Assembly (NCBI RefSeq): GCF_022045235.1
Contig: NW_027266297.1
Location: 44,826,001 to 44,890,000 of the forward strand
Length of the DNA: 64,000 bases
Direction of reading: 5' to 3'
DNA from: Haliotis cracherodii
Lineage: Eukaryota
The notes under the pieces are model-generated. The model was not told the DNA's origin. It did no database searches and saw only the letters and a program-made list of their open reading frames with translations. This document shows, in pieces, positions 25,693 to 39,100 of this stretch; within the stretch, counting starts at the first letter, position 1; each line of letters starts with the position of its first letter. The translations under genes and the position numbers were made by a program.

Positions 25693-27227
25693 ATGATGCC
25701 GTCCTTATCTTTAGCGCCTGCTGTATCGACACATTTTCGCGACATGCCGTCAATATCAACTCTTCCTACGAGGTAAGTTATCCTCTTCTTTAACATTGAA
25801 AGCAGAAGCAATCGCATATGGGAGAAACAATTTAATGTGTGTGTTATAAAATTTACTTGATAGTGTATTGATTGTATGATTTATTAGGTTTTGTATAGGC
25901 ATACTCGTAGAAGCAAAATGATTCGCGCATTTCAAAAACATGTATAGCGAGTACATTTTGATTTATATATTTTGATGCATATATACTTTAGTACAATGTA
26001 TATAATTATATATTCCCGAACGAACTGTGACTAATTATTAATATGTTTTTTTTTGTCAACTTGTTCCGATATCATTAAAGAAAAGAGAGACAGGACATCT
26101 CCCGCCGTAACTTATGTTTCACATAGAAAGCAACAGAAGACGATAGTTTGTGTTTGCCTCACTTAAATCACATTTGTGTGTTTTAATATACTAAACTTAC
26201 ATCTTGTTTTGAACTGATGTAGTGTGCCTATTTGAAAATAGTAACATTGTTTCAGATTGCCGAGCATCGAGATTGGGATTCAGTCCCGAATGAACTTTGT
26301 CAAAGGTAAATTTACTTCTGTAGTTAGTTTTAGATTTCCAAACGGGAATGTGTGTTGACAGAAAGGCCTGAAAAACATATGGATTAAATAAAACCGTTCT
26401 ACCAGAAAACACGCCTCAGTATCTAGAATGTTTTAATTAAAATCTATTGAACTAAAACCAACGATTTAAGGACGTTATCTAATCAATACATTTGTGCTTT
26501 CAGATATAATAACCGGCCAAAGTCACATGGTCCTTATTATCTGCTCAATTTTTGTTGGAGGTGGTAAGTATATTTTCCACCACAGGTGTATAACTGGCAA
26601 TTCAATCGCGTCAACACGGAATCCTCATCTTCTGCAAAACTTCACAATATAAAAGTAGCCCAAACTATATCTTCAGTATTTGGAGGAAATACAAATGTCT
26701 GACTTTTTCACTCTGTCTTGGATATACGTTGCTGCCAAGGTGAAGATTTATCAACACATGAGGGTGTTATGGGTGAACCGAAGCTATATTTGTGCCATAA
26801 AACAATGTTGTATCGAAAATGTTATTTTTCAGTTTTTGTTTCTCACAAATCATTGAGTCACGTTTCTGATTTTCCAGTGGTCATCGTGGGCATCTTCTTG
26901 GCCCTGAGGTCGTGTGCACGAAGATGCCGGACAGTGGTCAGAGGTCACCACAGCGTTCGGGGATCTCTTGATGCCGCCGAGCGGGGCGATGCGAACGACG
27001 TTGTCTCCCTGGCTTCACACGAAGATTTCACACTGGCTCCCAACACCCCGTGGTGGGAGGTCGTGGAGAGAAGAGAGGCGGAAGACCCCACTTTCGGTGA
27101 GGATTTGGTGATAGCACCAGAGTACTGTGTGGAAGACGAGGTTTTGAGCTATGACCCCGACTACTGCCTGAAGCCGGGCGCCCTCTGGTGGGAGGTGGTG
27201 GAGGCCCAAGAGAAGGCTGGGAGCTGA
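25693..27227 (+). CDS. Orphan membrane protein copy 3; exons 25693-25772, 26256-26305, 26504-26563, 26878-27227
   Basis: Same exon lengths (80/50/60/350), intact splice sites, open frame. Confidence 0.8.
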
Positions 27228-28531
27228 ACGCAGACCTTTAGGGAATGGTCCCCGGGGACACATGGAAACCCGGACATCAGTTAAACAGTCTCACGGACAG
27301 ATGTCCCAGATGCTTCAAGCTCACCGATCATCTTCACATCTGATGACAGGATGTCTTCATAAAGCTGTGAAAGACCCGTTCCTTTGTGAACACAACTGTG
27401 GCAGTAATACGTCATGGTTTTTGTCATGCCAAGGAGAGGATATACACAGATGTACAGGGGTGTGTTCCCATTGTTTAAGCAGCCACTTTATTTAGATGTT
27501 TCAGACTTTGGTGATATCTCTTTTATATGATTTACATCTTTCCTGTTATGTAAATGTTATGCAATAAATCCTTGGTTGTTATTTTATCCTTTGTTGTCAG
27601 ATGTTTTAACAGCATCCAGACGCTGACAGTTGGTGAGTCTGAAGTAGATATTCCACCAGCATTGTCATGGCTTGAGATCTGTGACAGATAGACGCTGTAA
27701 CAGTATTATACAGTCTCGGGGTCGCTGATATCGTTGAAGTGACTTTAAATGTTAACTCACTCACTTACCTACCCACTCACCAACCCATTAACTTAAACAC
27801 CCACTAACCCGCTCAATCACTAACTTACCCACCCACTCCCGACTCATTTCCCTCACTCACTCACTCACTCACTTAACCACCCACCCACCCATTCACTCAC
27901 TCACTCATTTCACTTATGCTCACTCACTCACCGACTTATTTCACTTATACTCACTCACACAGCGACTCATTTCACTTACACTCACTCACTCATTTCACTT
28001 ATACTCACTCACTCACCGACTAATTTCACTCACTCACTCACTGTAGCATTTTCAAACGCAATAAATCATTCATTGATGTGAAAGGATACCAGTCGTAAAA
28101 GACGTCGCAATGCGCTGGGCAGAGATACGTCCATTAAGAGTGCCCGCAACTTGTGCTTGTGGGTTGTCATGCCAGATTCGCCCTGATAATGTTTCTACGT
28201 TTGTCAGCACCATCACCTTCATCGTTGGATGTATATGCCTGTACCACATCCCGTCTACATGAAGCCGACACATCGTGATATAACTAAAATAATGTTAAAT
28301 CCCAATCTAATTCAGTCACACACTAAAACATATTGACTGTGGTATGGTCATATTACCTGAAAATACCATTGACCCGTAAAGCTTGTGTTGAGTATATTCT
28401 AAGGCTTCTAGCCATTGATCCCGAATCACAAATGTATAAAAAAGAAACACGAATATTTTCACAGAACTGTTACACCCAAGAACATCTGCCAAAGTGTTTT
28501 GTATGAGCTTATTTTGTAAGTGATTTATTTC

Positions 28532-29043
28532 CAAGCTCATTAAAATCAGATCTTAGTTCTCGCTACCGCTAAACAAAGATCTGAGGACATCCCATTACGG
28601 GTCACATCAGATCGACCTTGCGCGAACTTTGACAGACCAATGAAATGACTGACAAGAAGTCCACATTAGCCAGTCAGAAGGCAGCTTTCTCGTGCTTTGC
28701 GGCACTAATTTCAAATTGGCGACTACGCTTCGAAACCTATTTTGACAAATTCTCGATAAAAAATTGAAACCTGAACAAAAACACATTCTGGAATGGCCAA
28801 TAGATGGTCTAGATTGTTGGGATTCAGTCGTTAAGCCCGTAACTATCGTTCGGAATAACCCGTTTTAAAGTTTTCGAGGTTGCAAGATTAGAAATCACAT
28901 TCCGACTGTCACTTTCATGATGTGGTAAGCGACGCTCTGATTAGGGGTCGGATGAAAGGTCGTTCTGACGTGACCCGTAATGGGATGTCCTCAGATCTTT
29001 GTTTAGCGGTAGCGAGAACTAAGTTATGATTTTAATGAGATTG
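28532..29043 (+). mobile_element. AcademH-like non-autonomous element, unit 3 copy
   Basis: Same TIRs and 10-bp TSD. Confidence 0.75.
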
Positions 29044-29285
29044 GATTTATTTCCCAAGTTGCATGCTTGATATTAATTCCAAACTATGTCCAATTCTCAA
29101 ACAAAACTTTACATTTATTGAAACTACCTGGAAGATACATTTACCGATGATCATGAGCTCTGTGGTAGCGATTCACAAAAGGCTATGCCCTTCTTCACAA
29201 AACACGTTAACCATAGAGTTACCTGCCCTTGAGCAATGGTATCTAAGGGTGTGACGTCACAGACAGTGACGATTGAGCTACTTGC

Positions 29286-30817
29286 ATGATGCCGTCTTTA
29301 TCTTTAGCGCCTGCTGTATCGACACATTTTCGCGACATGCCGTCAATATCAACTCTTCCTACGAGGTAAGTTATCCACTTCTTTAACATTGAAAGCAGAA
29401 GCAATCGCATATGGGAGAAACAATTTAATGTGTGTGTTATAATATTTACTTGATAGTGTATTGATTGTATGATTTATTAGGTTTTGTATAGGCATACTCG
29501 TAGAAGCAAAATGATTCGCGCATTTCAAAAACATGTATAGCGAGTACATTTTGATTGGTATATTTTGATGCATATATACTTTAGTACAATGTATATAATT
29601 ATATATTCCCGAACGAACTGTGACTAATTATTAATATGTTTTTTGTCAACTTGTTCCGATATCATTAAAGAAAAGAGAGACAGGACATCTCCCTCCGTAA
29701 CTTATGTTTCACATAGAAAGCAACAGAAGACGATAGTTTGTGTTTGCCTCACTAAAATCACATTTGTGTGTTTTAATATACTAAACTTACATCTTGTTTT
29801 GAACTGTTGTAGTGTGCCTATTTGAAAATAGTAACATTGTTTCAGATTGCCGAGCATCGAGATTGGGATTCAGTCCCGAATGAACTATGTCAAAGGTAAA
29901 TTTACCTCTGTAGTTAGTTTTAGATTTCCAAACGGGAATGTGTGTTGACAGAAAGGCCTGAAAAACATATGGATTAAATAAAACCGTTCTACCAGAAAAC
30001 ACGCCTCAGTATCTAGAATGTTTTAATTAAAATCTATTGAACTAAAACCAACGATTTAAGGACGTTATCTAATCAATACATTTGTGCTTTCAGATATAAT
30101 AACCGGCCAAAGTCACATGGTCCTTATCATCTGCTCAATTTTTGTTGGAGGTGGTAAGTAAATTTTCTACCACAGGTGTATAACTGGCAATTCAATCGCG
30201 TCAACACGGAATCCTCATCTTCTGCAAAACTTCACAATATAAAAGTAGCCCAAACTATATCTTCAGTATTTGGAGGAAATACGAATGTCTGACTTTCTCG
30301 CTCTGTCTTGGATATACGTTGCTGCCTAGGTGAAGATTTATCAACACATGAGGGTGTTATGGGTGAACCGAAGCTATATTTGTGCCATAAAACAATGTTG
30401 TATCGAAAATGTTATTTTTCAGTTTTTGTTTCTCACAAATCATTGAGTCACGTTTTTGATTTTCCAGTGGTCATCGTGGGCATCTTCTTGGCCCTGAGGT
30501 CGTGTGCACGAAGATGCCGGACAGTGGTCAGAGGTCACCACAGCGTTCGGGGATCTCTTGATGCCGCCGAGCGGGGCGATGCGAACGACATTGTCTCCCT
30601 GGCTCCACACGAAGATTTCACACTGGCTCCCAACACCCCGTGGTGGGAGGTCGTGGAGAGAAGAGAGGCGGAAGACCCCACTTTCGGTGAGGATTTGGTG
30701 ATAGCACCAGAGTACTGTGTGGAAGACGAGGTTTTGAGCTATGACCCCGACTACTGCCTGAAGCCGGGCGCCCTCTGGTGGGAGGTGGTGGAGGCCCAGG
30801 AGAAGGCTGGGAGCTGA
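29286..30817 (+). CDS. Orphan membrane protein copy 4; exons 29286-29365, 29846-29895, 30094-30153, 30468-30817
   Basis: Same exon lengths, intact splice sites, open frame. Confidence 0.8.
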
Positions 30818-32112
30818 ACACGGACCTTTAGTGACTAATGGTCCCCGGTGACACATGGAAACCCGGACATCAGTTAAACAGTCTCTCGGACAGATGTCCC
30901 AGATGCTTCAAGCTCACCGATCATCTTCAAATCTGATGACAGGATGTCTTCATAAAGCTGTGAAAGACCCGTTCCTTTGTGAACACAACTGTGACAGTAA
31001 TACGTCATGGTTTTTGTCATGCCAAGGAGAGGATATACACAGATGTACAGGGATGTGTTCCCATTGTTTAAGCAGCCACTTTATTTATATGTTTCAGACT
31101 TTGGTGATATCTCTTTTATATGATTTACATCTTTCCTGTTATGTAAATGTTATGCAATAAATCCTTGGTTGTTATTTTATCCTGTGTTGTCAGATGTTTT
31201 AACAGAATCCAGACGCTGACAGTTGGTGAGTCTGTAGTAGATGTTCCACCAGAATTGTCATGGCTTGCGATCTGTGACAGATAGACGCTGTAACAGTATT
31301 ATACAGTCTCGGGGTCGCTGATATCGTTGAAGTGACTTTAAATGTTAACTCACTCACTTACCTACCCACTCACCAACCCATTAACTTAAACACCCACACA
31401 CCCGCTCAATCACTCACTTACCCACCCACTCCCAACTCATTTCACTCACTCACTCACTCACCTACCCACCCATTCACTCACTCACTCATTTCACTTATGC
31501 TCACTCACTCACCGACTTATTTCACTTATACTCACTCACACAGCGACTCATTTCACTTACACTCACTCACTCATTTCACTTATACTCACTCACTCACCGA
31601 CTAATTTCACTCACTCACTCACTGTAGCATTTTCAAACGCAATAAACCATTCATTGGTGTGAAAGGATACCAGTCGTATAAGACGTCGCAATGCGCTGGG
31701 CAGAAATGCGTCCATTAAGAGTGCCCGCAACTTGTGCTTGTGGGTTGTCATGCCAGATTCGCCCTGATAATGTTTCTACGTTTGTCAGCACCATAACCTT
31801 CATCGTTGGATGTATATGCCTGTACCACATCCCGTCTACATGAAGCCGACACATCGTGATATAACTAAAATAATGTTAAAACCCAATCTAATTCAGTCAC
31901 ACACTAAAACATATTGACTGTGGTATGGTCATATTACATGAAAATACCATTGACCCGTAAAGCTTGTGTTGAGTATATTTTAAGGCTTCTAGCCATTGAT
32001 CCCGAATCACAAATGTATAAAAAAGAAACACGAATATTTTCACAGAACTGGTACACCCAAGAACATCTGCCAAAGTGTTTTGTATGAGCTTTTTTTATAA
32101 GTGATTTATTTC

Positions 32113-32604
32113 CAAGCTCATTAAAATCAGATCTTAGTTCTCGCTACCGCTAAACAAAGATCTGTGGACATCCCATTACGGGTCACATCAGATCGACCTT
32201 GCGCGAACTTTGACCGACCAATGAAATGACTGACAAGAAGTCCACATTAGCCAGTCAGAAGGCAGCTTTCTCGTGCTTTACGGCACTAATTTCAAATTGG
32301 CGACTACGCTTCGAAACATATTTTGACAAATTCTCGATAAAAAATTGAAACCTGAACAAAAACACATTCTGGAAATTGCCAATAGATGGTCTAGATTGTA
32401 TGGATTCAGTCGTTAAGCCCGTAAGTTAAAGTTTTCGAGGTTGCAAGATTAGAAATCACATTCCGACTGTCACTTTCATGATGTGGTAAGCGACGCTCTG
32501 ATTAGGGGTCGGATGAAAGGTCGTTCTGACGTGACCCGTAATGGGATGTCCTCAGATCTTTGTTTAGCGGTAGCGAGAACTAAGATATGATTTTAATGAG
32601 ATTG
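32113..32604 (+). mobile_element. AcademH-like non-autonomous element, unit 4 copy (small internal deletion)
   Basis: Same TIRs and TSD, with ~20 bp missing near 32424. Confidence 0.75.
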
Positions 32605-32845
32605 GATTTATTTCCCATGTTGCATGTTTGATATTTATTCCAAACTATGTCCAATTCTCAAACAAACTTTACATTTATTGAAACTACCGGGAAGATACAT
32701 TTACCGATGATCATGAGCTCTGTGGTAGCGATTCACAAAAGGCTATGCCCTTCTTCACAAAACACGTTAACCATAGAGTTACCTGCCCTTGAGCAATGGT
32801 ATCTAAGGGGGTGACGTCACAGTCAGTGACGATTGAGCTACTTGC

Positions 32846-34365
32846 ATGATGCCGTCTTTATCTTTAGCGCCTGCTGAATCGACACATTTTCGCGACATGC
32901 CGTCAATATCAACTCTTCCTACGAGGTAAGTTATCCACTTCTTTAACATTGAAAGCAGAAGCAATCGCATATGGGAGAAACAATTTAATGTGTGTGTTAT
33001 AATATTTACTTGATAGTGTATTGATTGTATGATTTATTAGGTTTTGTATAGGCATACTCGTAGAAGCAAAATGATTCGCGCATTTCAAAAACATGTATAG
33101 CGAGTACATTTTGATTGGTATATTTTGATGCATATATATATATAAGTACAATGTTTATAATTATATATTCCCGAACGAACTGTGACTAATTATTAATATG
33201 TTTTTTGTCAACTTGTTCCGATATCATTAAAGAAAAGAGAGACAGGACATCTCCCGCCGTAACTTATGTTTCACATAGAAAGCAACAGAAGACGATAGTT
33301 TGTGTTTGCCTCACTTAAATCACATTTGTGTGTTTTAATATACTAAACTTACATCTTGTTTTGAACTGATGTAGTGTGCCTATTTGAAAATAGTAACATT
33401 GTTTCAGATTGCCGAGCATCGAGATTGGGATTCAGTCCCGAATGAACTTTGTCAAAGGTAAATTTACTTCTGTAGTTAGTTTTAGATTTCCAAACGGGAA
33501 TGTGTGTTGACAGAAAGGCCTGAAAAACATATGGATTAAATTAAACCGTTCTACCAGAAACACACCTCAGTATCTAGAATGTTTTAATTACAATGTATTA
33601 AAACTAAAACCAACGATTTAAGGACGTTATCTAATCAATACATATATGCTTTCAGATATAATAACCGGCCAAAGTCACATGGTCCTTATAATCTGCTCAA
33701 TTTTTGTTGGAGGTGGTAAGTATATTTTCTACCACAGGAGTATAACTGGCAATTCAATCGCGTCAACACGGAATCCCCGTCTTCCGCAAAACTTCACAAT
33801 ATAACAGTGGCCCAAACTATATCTTCAAAATTTGGATCAAATAAGATTGTCTGACATTCTCACTCTGTCTTTGTAAAAGCGGATATACGTTGCTGACTTA
33901 CAGGTGGAGATTGTATCAACACATGAGGGTTTTATGGGTGATCCGAAGCTATATTTGTAGCCATTAAACGATGTTGTTTTTCACGAATCATTGAGTCATG
34001 TTTCTGATTTTCCAGTGGCCATCGTGGGCATCCTCTTGGCCCTGAGGTCGTGTTCACGAAGATGCCGGACAGTGGTCAGAGGTCACCACAGCGTTCGTGG
34101 ATCTCTTGATGCCGCCGAGCGGGGCGATGCGAACGACGTTGTCTCCCTGGCTTCACACGAAGATTTCACACTGGCTCCCAACACCCCGTGGTGGGAGGTC
34201 GTGGAGAGAAGAGAGGCGGAAGACCCCACTTTCGGTGAGGATTTGGTGATAGCACCAGAGTACTGTGTGGAAGACGAGGTTTTGAGCTATGACCCCGACT
34301 ACTGCCTGAAGCCGGGCGCCCTCTGGTGGGAGGTGGTGGAGGCCCAAGAGAAGGCTGGGAGCTGA
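32846..34365 (+). CDS. Orphan membrane protein copy 5; exons 32846-32925, 33408-33457, 33656-33715, 34016-34365
   Basis: Exons are intact even though intron 3 is visibly more diverged, with indels, than in copies 2-4. Confidence 0.8.
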
Positions 34366-36169
34366 ACGCAGACCTTTAGGGAATGGTCCCCGGGGACACA
34401 TGGAAACCCGGACATCAGTTAAACAGTCTCACGGACAGATGTCCCAGATGCTTCAAGCTCACCGATCATCTTCACATCTGATGACAGGATGTCTTCATAA
34501 AGCTGTGAAAGACCCGTTCCTTTGTGAACACAACTGTGACAGTAATACGTCATGGTTTTTGTCATGCCGAGGAGAGTATGTACACAGACGTACAGGGATG
34601 TGTTCCCATTGTTTAAGCAGCCACTTTATTTATATGTTTCAGTCTTTGGTGATATCTCTTTTATATGATTTACATCTTTCCTGTTATGTAAATGTTATGC
34701 AATAAATCCTAGGTTGTTATTTTATCCTTTGTTGTCAGATGTTTTAACAGCATCCAGACGCTGACAGTTGGTGAGTCTGTAGTAGATGTTCCACCAGAAT
34801 TGTCATGGCTTGAGATCTGTGACAGATAGACGCTGTAACAGTATTATACAGTCTCGGGGTCGCTGATATTGCCTTACCGACGTTAAATTTTTACTTCTAT
34901 ACTTCTATGGTGTTCCCACAGAGAACCGAAACCGTAAGCAGAGGGTATGTGTGACACGCAAACACCCCTCCCTCTGAGCAACCCTGTTACCTCCAAACCT
35001 GCAGATGGTGGTGTGGTCAGGCTACACGATGATGTTTACTTCTTATTAATATTATATGTGTTATTAATTTCTTTATTATTTATGTGTTTCCGCCAATCCG
35101 TCTGTATGACACAGTTTCTACTGTGTGTAAAGCGATTACGTTCTTTTTCCAAGTCAGATGAATGTTCATGATAATACACCGCCGGGCAAGAGAAAGTATA
35201 CATCCATGTTTGATGGTGGCTTAAACTAAGACAAACTAAGACATAGTTATTCGATTATGATGTGTTTGATACGGGTATAGACCTAAAGTTTACAGCGTTT
35301 TCAGCCTAATAACATTTGTTTTGATAACGTTTGTAATGTTTTGGTCAAATCCAAGTTTCAAATGTATGCTTTCTTCTGTCCGGTAGTGTAGTACATGAAT
35401 AACGTTATAGTGTACAGATGATGCAGGCATGTACTAATTGCTTGGTTAGTGAATCAATTTCCACGGAATCACTTGCAATTTAGTTATACCTCCATAAACG
35501 CAAAAATATTGAAGGCAATCTTAAATAAATAAACTGCAAGTGAATACGGTTTTTACTCCATTAAGGCAAAAACATGTTGAAGTCAATTCTTACAGATAAA
35601 TACGTCAACAATGCTAACTTCACAGAATGCTCATTAAATAATTAACACACAAAAGACTGTAGACAACAATGTGGAATCAGCGACATCGTTCAGTGCAATA
35701 CAATCTCATAAACATCACATCTTAGTTCTCGCAACCGCTTTGTTTAGCGTGGCCCTATTCCCTTTATCGATTTATGGGAACATGGACGCATAAAAATTTG
35801 CTTGGCATGTCATGCCATGGAATCACTTGCAATGCATGATTTAGTTAGTAAAGTGGCTCTTTATTTCAACATGTGACATGGCAACAACAAATAGTATTAA
35901 TATTACCCCAATCTTACAAATACATAACATGGCCTAAATATCAGCGACAAGGATATTGGACGGGTGTGTCACCGACGATCCTGTAGTCATTTACGTAAAC
36001 AATTTTAGTACAATAGAGTGATCTCCCTTACTAACTCTTCCACTCAAGCTCCTTCCCAGCGCGTGACACCTTCGTTACACTTTCGGTATAGTATAGAGAG
36101 CTCCGCGAACGGTCTATCCGTGTGAGGAGCTTGCTCTTTCACTGTGCTTGTGTTCTGTCTGATTCCGCA

Positions 36170-39100
36170 ATGGGTGGCTGGAAACTCGAAGTGTTTAAAG
36201 TAAGATTTTAATTCACGTGTTGTGTGTATTACGAATATTGTATTCATATTTGCCGGTCCAGGAGATCATGACTAAAGCGGCATACAACAGACCAACCTCA
36301 ACCAGGTTTAGTCGATCAGTGCTTGTAGTTGTATGACCTATACAGCCAGGCTAGCCCTAATGTATCTCCACACAAACAAGCTAGGGCCCTAAAATGTAGC
36401 CTACAAGCTTAAAAAAATTTTACTCGAATTTTATAAGTCGGAGTCGGATATTTCAATCAAAGGATAATTGTTTAAGATTACCGTAATACCCAAAATGCTG
36501 TTTGTTGGTACCCTAATCAGTGTATATTATCCCGAAACTTGTGATATTTTTCCCTAGTCCTAATATTTTAAATTTATTTATGTTTTCACTCAAGCGCAGA
36601 TGCTGTGTTGTTTGTTCTTGTTTGTTCAAAGTAACGAGTTATGTATCAATGACAGGGTGTCATAAATAACCTGCACTAGTTTTTGAGACTGAGATAATGC
36701 AAATTTGTTGTCATTATGCTTACCTTGGTGATGTGAGGGAAATGTTTAGCTTAGGCTGCAGGCATGGGCAGAATTCTGGTCAGTTGTTGGGCACTAGTGG
36801 CTCAGTTGTCTGAGGTGTCATAATTAGCTGTGCAAAGTTGCACCCCTAAGCCATGGAAGAATCTGATGATCTGATTGAACACAACACACTCATAGTCTTT
36901 CTTGTTGTGACACAACTACCATTAGTATTTAAACATTTCAAATAGCAGAATAATCTCATAGCTGTTTGTTATTTTAGTGTACTATAATCAATTTTTATCA
37001 TTACAGTTTAGTTTAATAAAGAGCAATTTGCCTTTCGTGGGTAAACATCAATACATGTAGGAAGAAGTTGTGCCTGTTGCTGTAGTTATATATAAGTAGT
37101 TGTGTGCATGTCTTAAGTCTTTGAAAGGCATTTAGAAGTGACACACATGAGGTGAAGGAGTAAGTTTATACTCCGAAACATTGTGTTCCTCATGGTAAAG
37201 AAGCTGACACCCATAAATTCTCTTCCTTATGCTTTTGTCAGAAAAAAAGGGAAATTATATGTTTATCAATATAGTTTCTTCATCTCCATGCTAGATCTAT
37301 CTAGAAATAGATTGTGGGGAAGAAATTAACTCAGGAAAGGTAACTTTGCTATGCTGTAATAAGATAGAAACATGGGCTGTTACGTTTCTTCAATATGAAG
37401 CATTTTGTTGCAGATGGCTGTGTACATGAGCTTCCCTGTGTCACTGTTCTACTACTTCAACCAACCTGAGTTCTTTGAGGACTGGATGATGAGCAAGAGG
37501 GTAATATTCGGTTTGATGGTCATGCAACAATCAGTCAACTTAATATCAAAGTTGGCCTTGCCGTAACCATTTGTGTATGCTTATATAACAGTGGGGTATA
37601 ATGAGGGACATAATAGAGAATATTGCTTGACTCTATGTCATACTAATTCATTTTCTGTCACAAATGGTGTATTTCTTAAAGGTGGCCAAGGGATATACAT
37701 GGATTCTGTTTCTTGAAATCACACACACACAAATCTAATTACTTGTTTATTACCCACACTGTTGAATAAGAAGTAAACATACCCTATGAGGTCAAGACAG
37801 TTCAACAGAAATCAACTGATTGACCTCATTCATGTACATGTATGAGTAGTATGTGGTTTTGTGTAAACTCACATTTACATGAACATGCACAAACCCATTT
37901 CTGATTGAAACAAAAGAAAGGATGGCTCGTGATTGGAGATGTTAGGCACCAAACACTATGACAAATCTTAGCTTACTCCATGATCGAAGTATTTGATGCA
38001 AATGGTTTCTAGGTGTTATGACAATTCAGTTCATGTGTTTGTTGTTGTAGTGTCAATCCTAAATAATAATATTAAACTGAAAATTATCATTTCAGAATCA
38101 GCTCTTCCCACCTCAAGACAAGAATGCTGTAAGCATGATAGTTTGATACTCTTGTGCTCACTGTAATTTTCTTCATAGCAATGCCGATAAATTGTGCCCT
38201 ATCTGTGTACTTAAACATTGTCATGTCATTATGCAGTGTGCTATATCTAAATGTCTTATTTGTAGCTGAAGGATGTATAGTGTGATGCCTACAGCTAGCC
38301 TAGACATGTCCTCTCCGAACTGTTGCAGCCAGCCTAGACATGTCCTCTCTGAACTGTTGCAGCCAGCCTAGACATGTCCTCTCTGAACTGTTGCAGCCAG
38401 CCTAGACATGTCCTCTCTGAACTGTTGCAGCCAGCCTAGACATGTCCTCTCTGAACTGTTACAGCCAGCCTAGACATGTCCTCTCTGAACTGTTACAGCC
38501 AGCCTAGACATGTCCTCTCTGAACTGTTGCAGCCAGCCTAGACATGTCCTCTCTGAACTGTTGCAGCCAGCCTAGACATGTCCTCTCTGAACTGTTGTAG
38601 CCAGCCTAGACATGTCCTCTCTGAACTGTTACAGCCAGCCTAGACATGTCCTCTCTGAACTGTTGCAGCCAGCCTAGACATGTCCTCTCTGAACTGTTGC
38701 AGCTAGCCAAGACATTGTCACAAAACCACTCGCCTTGTATCACTTTTCTAATGCAAATCTAAAATCATGCCCACAAGCTTGATATCTACCATGTCTAGGG
38801 TGATTATTCTATCGATCCCAATACATGATACCTCCCAATTCTTTATTGTTCTTAAATTATTTCAATCGAAAGAAGTCAACTGGCCACCTTGAAACCATCT
38901 GGGCACAAATAGCCGACATCAGAACGTCACAGAATGGGGGCATGTCGGAAAGCAGCTCCATTACTTTCAGTGTAATCTGGTAGTAATGACATTCATGTAT
39001 ATAATCCACTGTTGACAACATAGTCCATGCACTCAAAGGTTCATAATGTCAGGACAGGATGTCATTCTACTGGTATTGTCTATGTTCCTTCACAGTCTAC

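Larger units (their letters stand above)
19360..34870 (+). repeat. Tandem segmental array, about 4.4 near-identical units of 3.55-3.93 kb
   Basis: The exon-4 start recurs at 19386, 22948, 26878, 30468 and 34016. All intervening modules (3' UTR, CACT/CACC microsatellite, old SINE, TIR element, promoter, exons 1-3) repeat. Confidence 0.97.
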
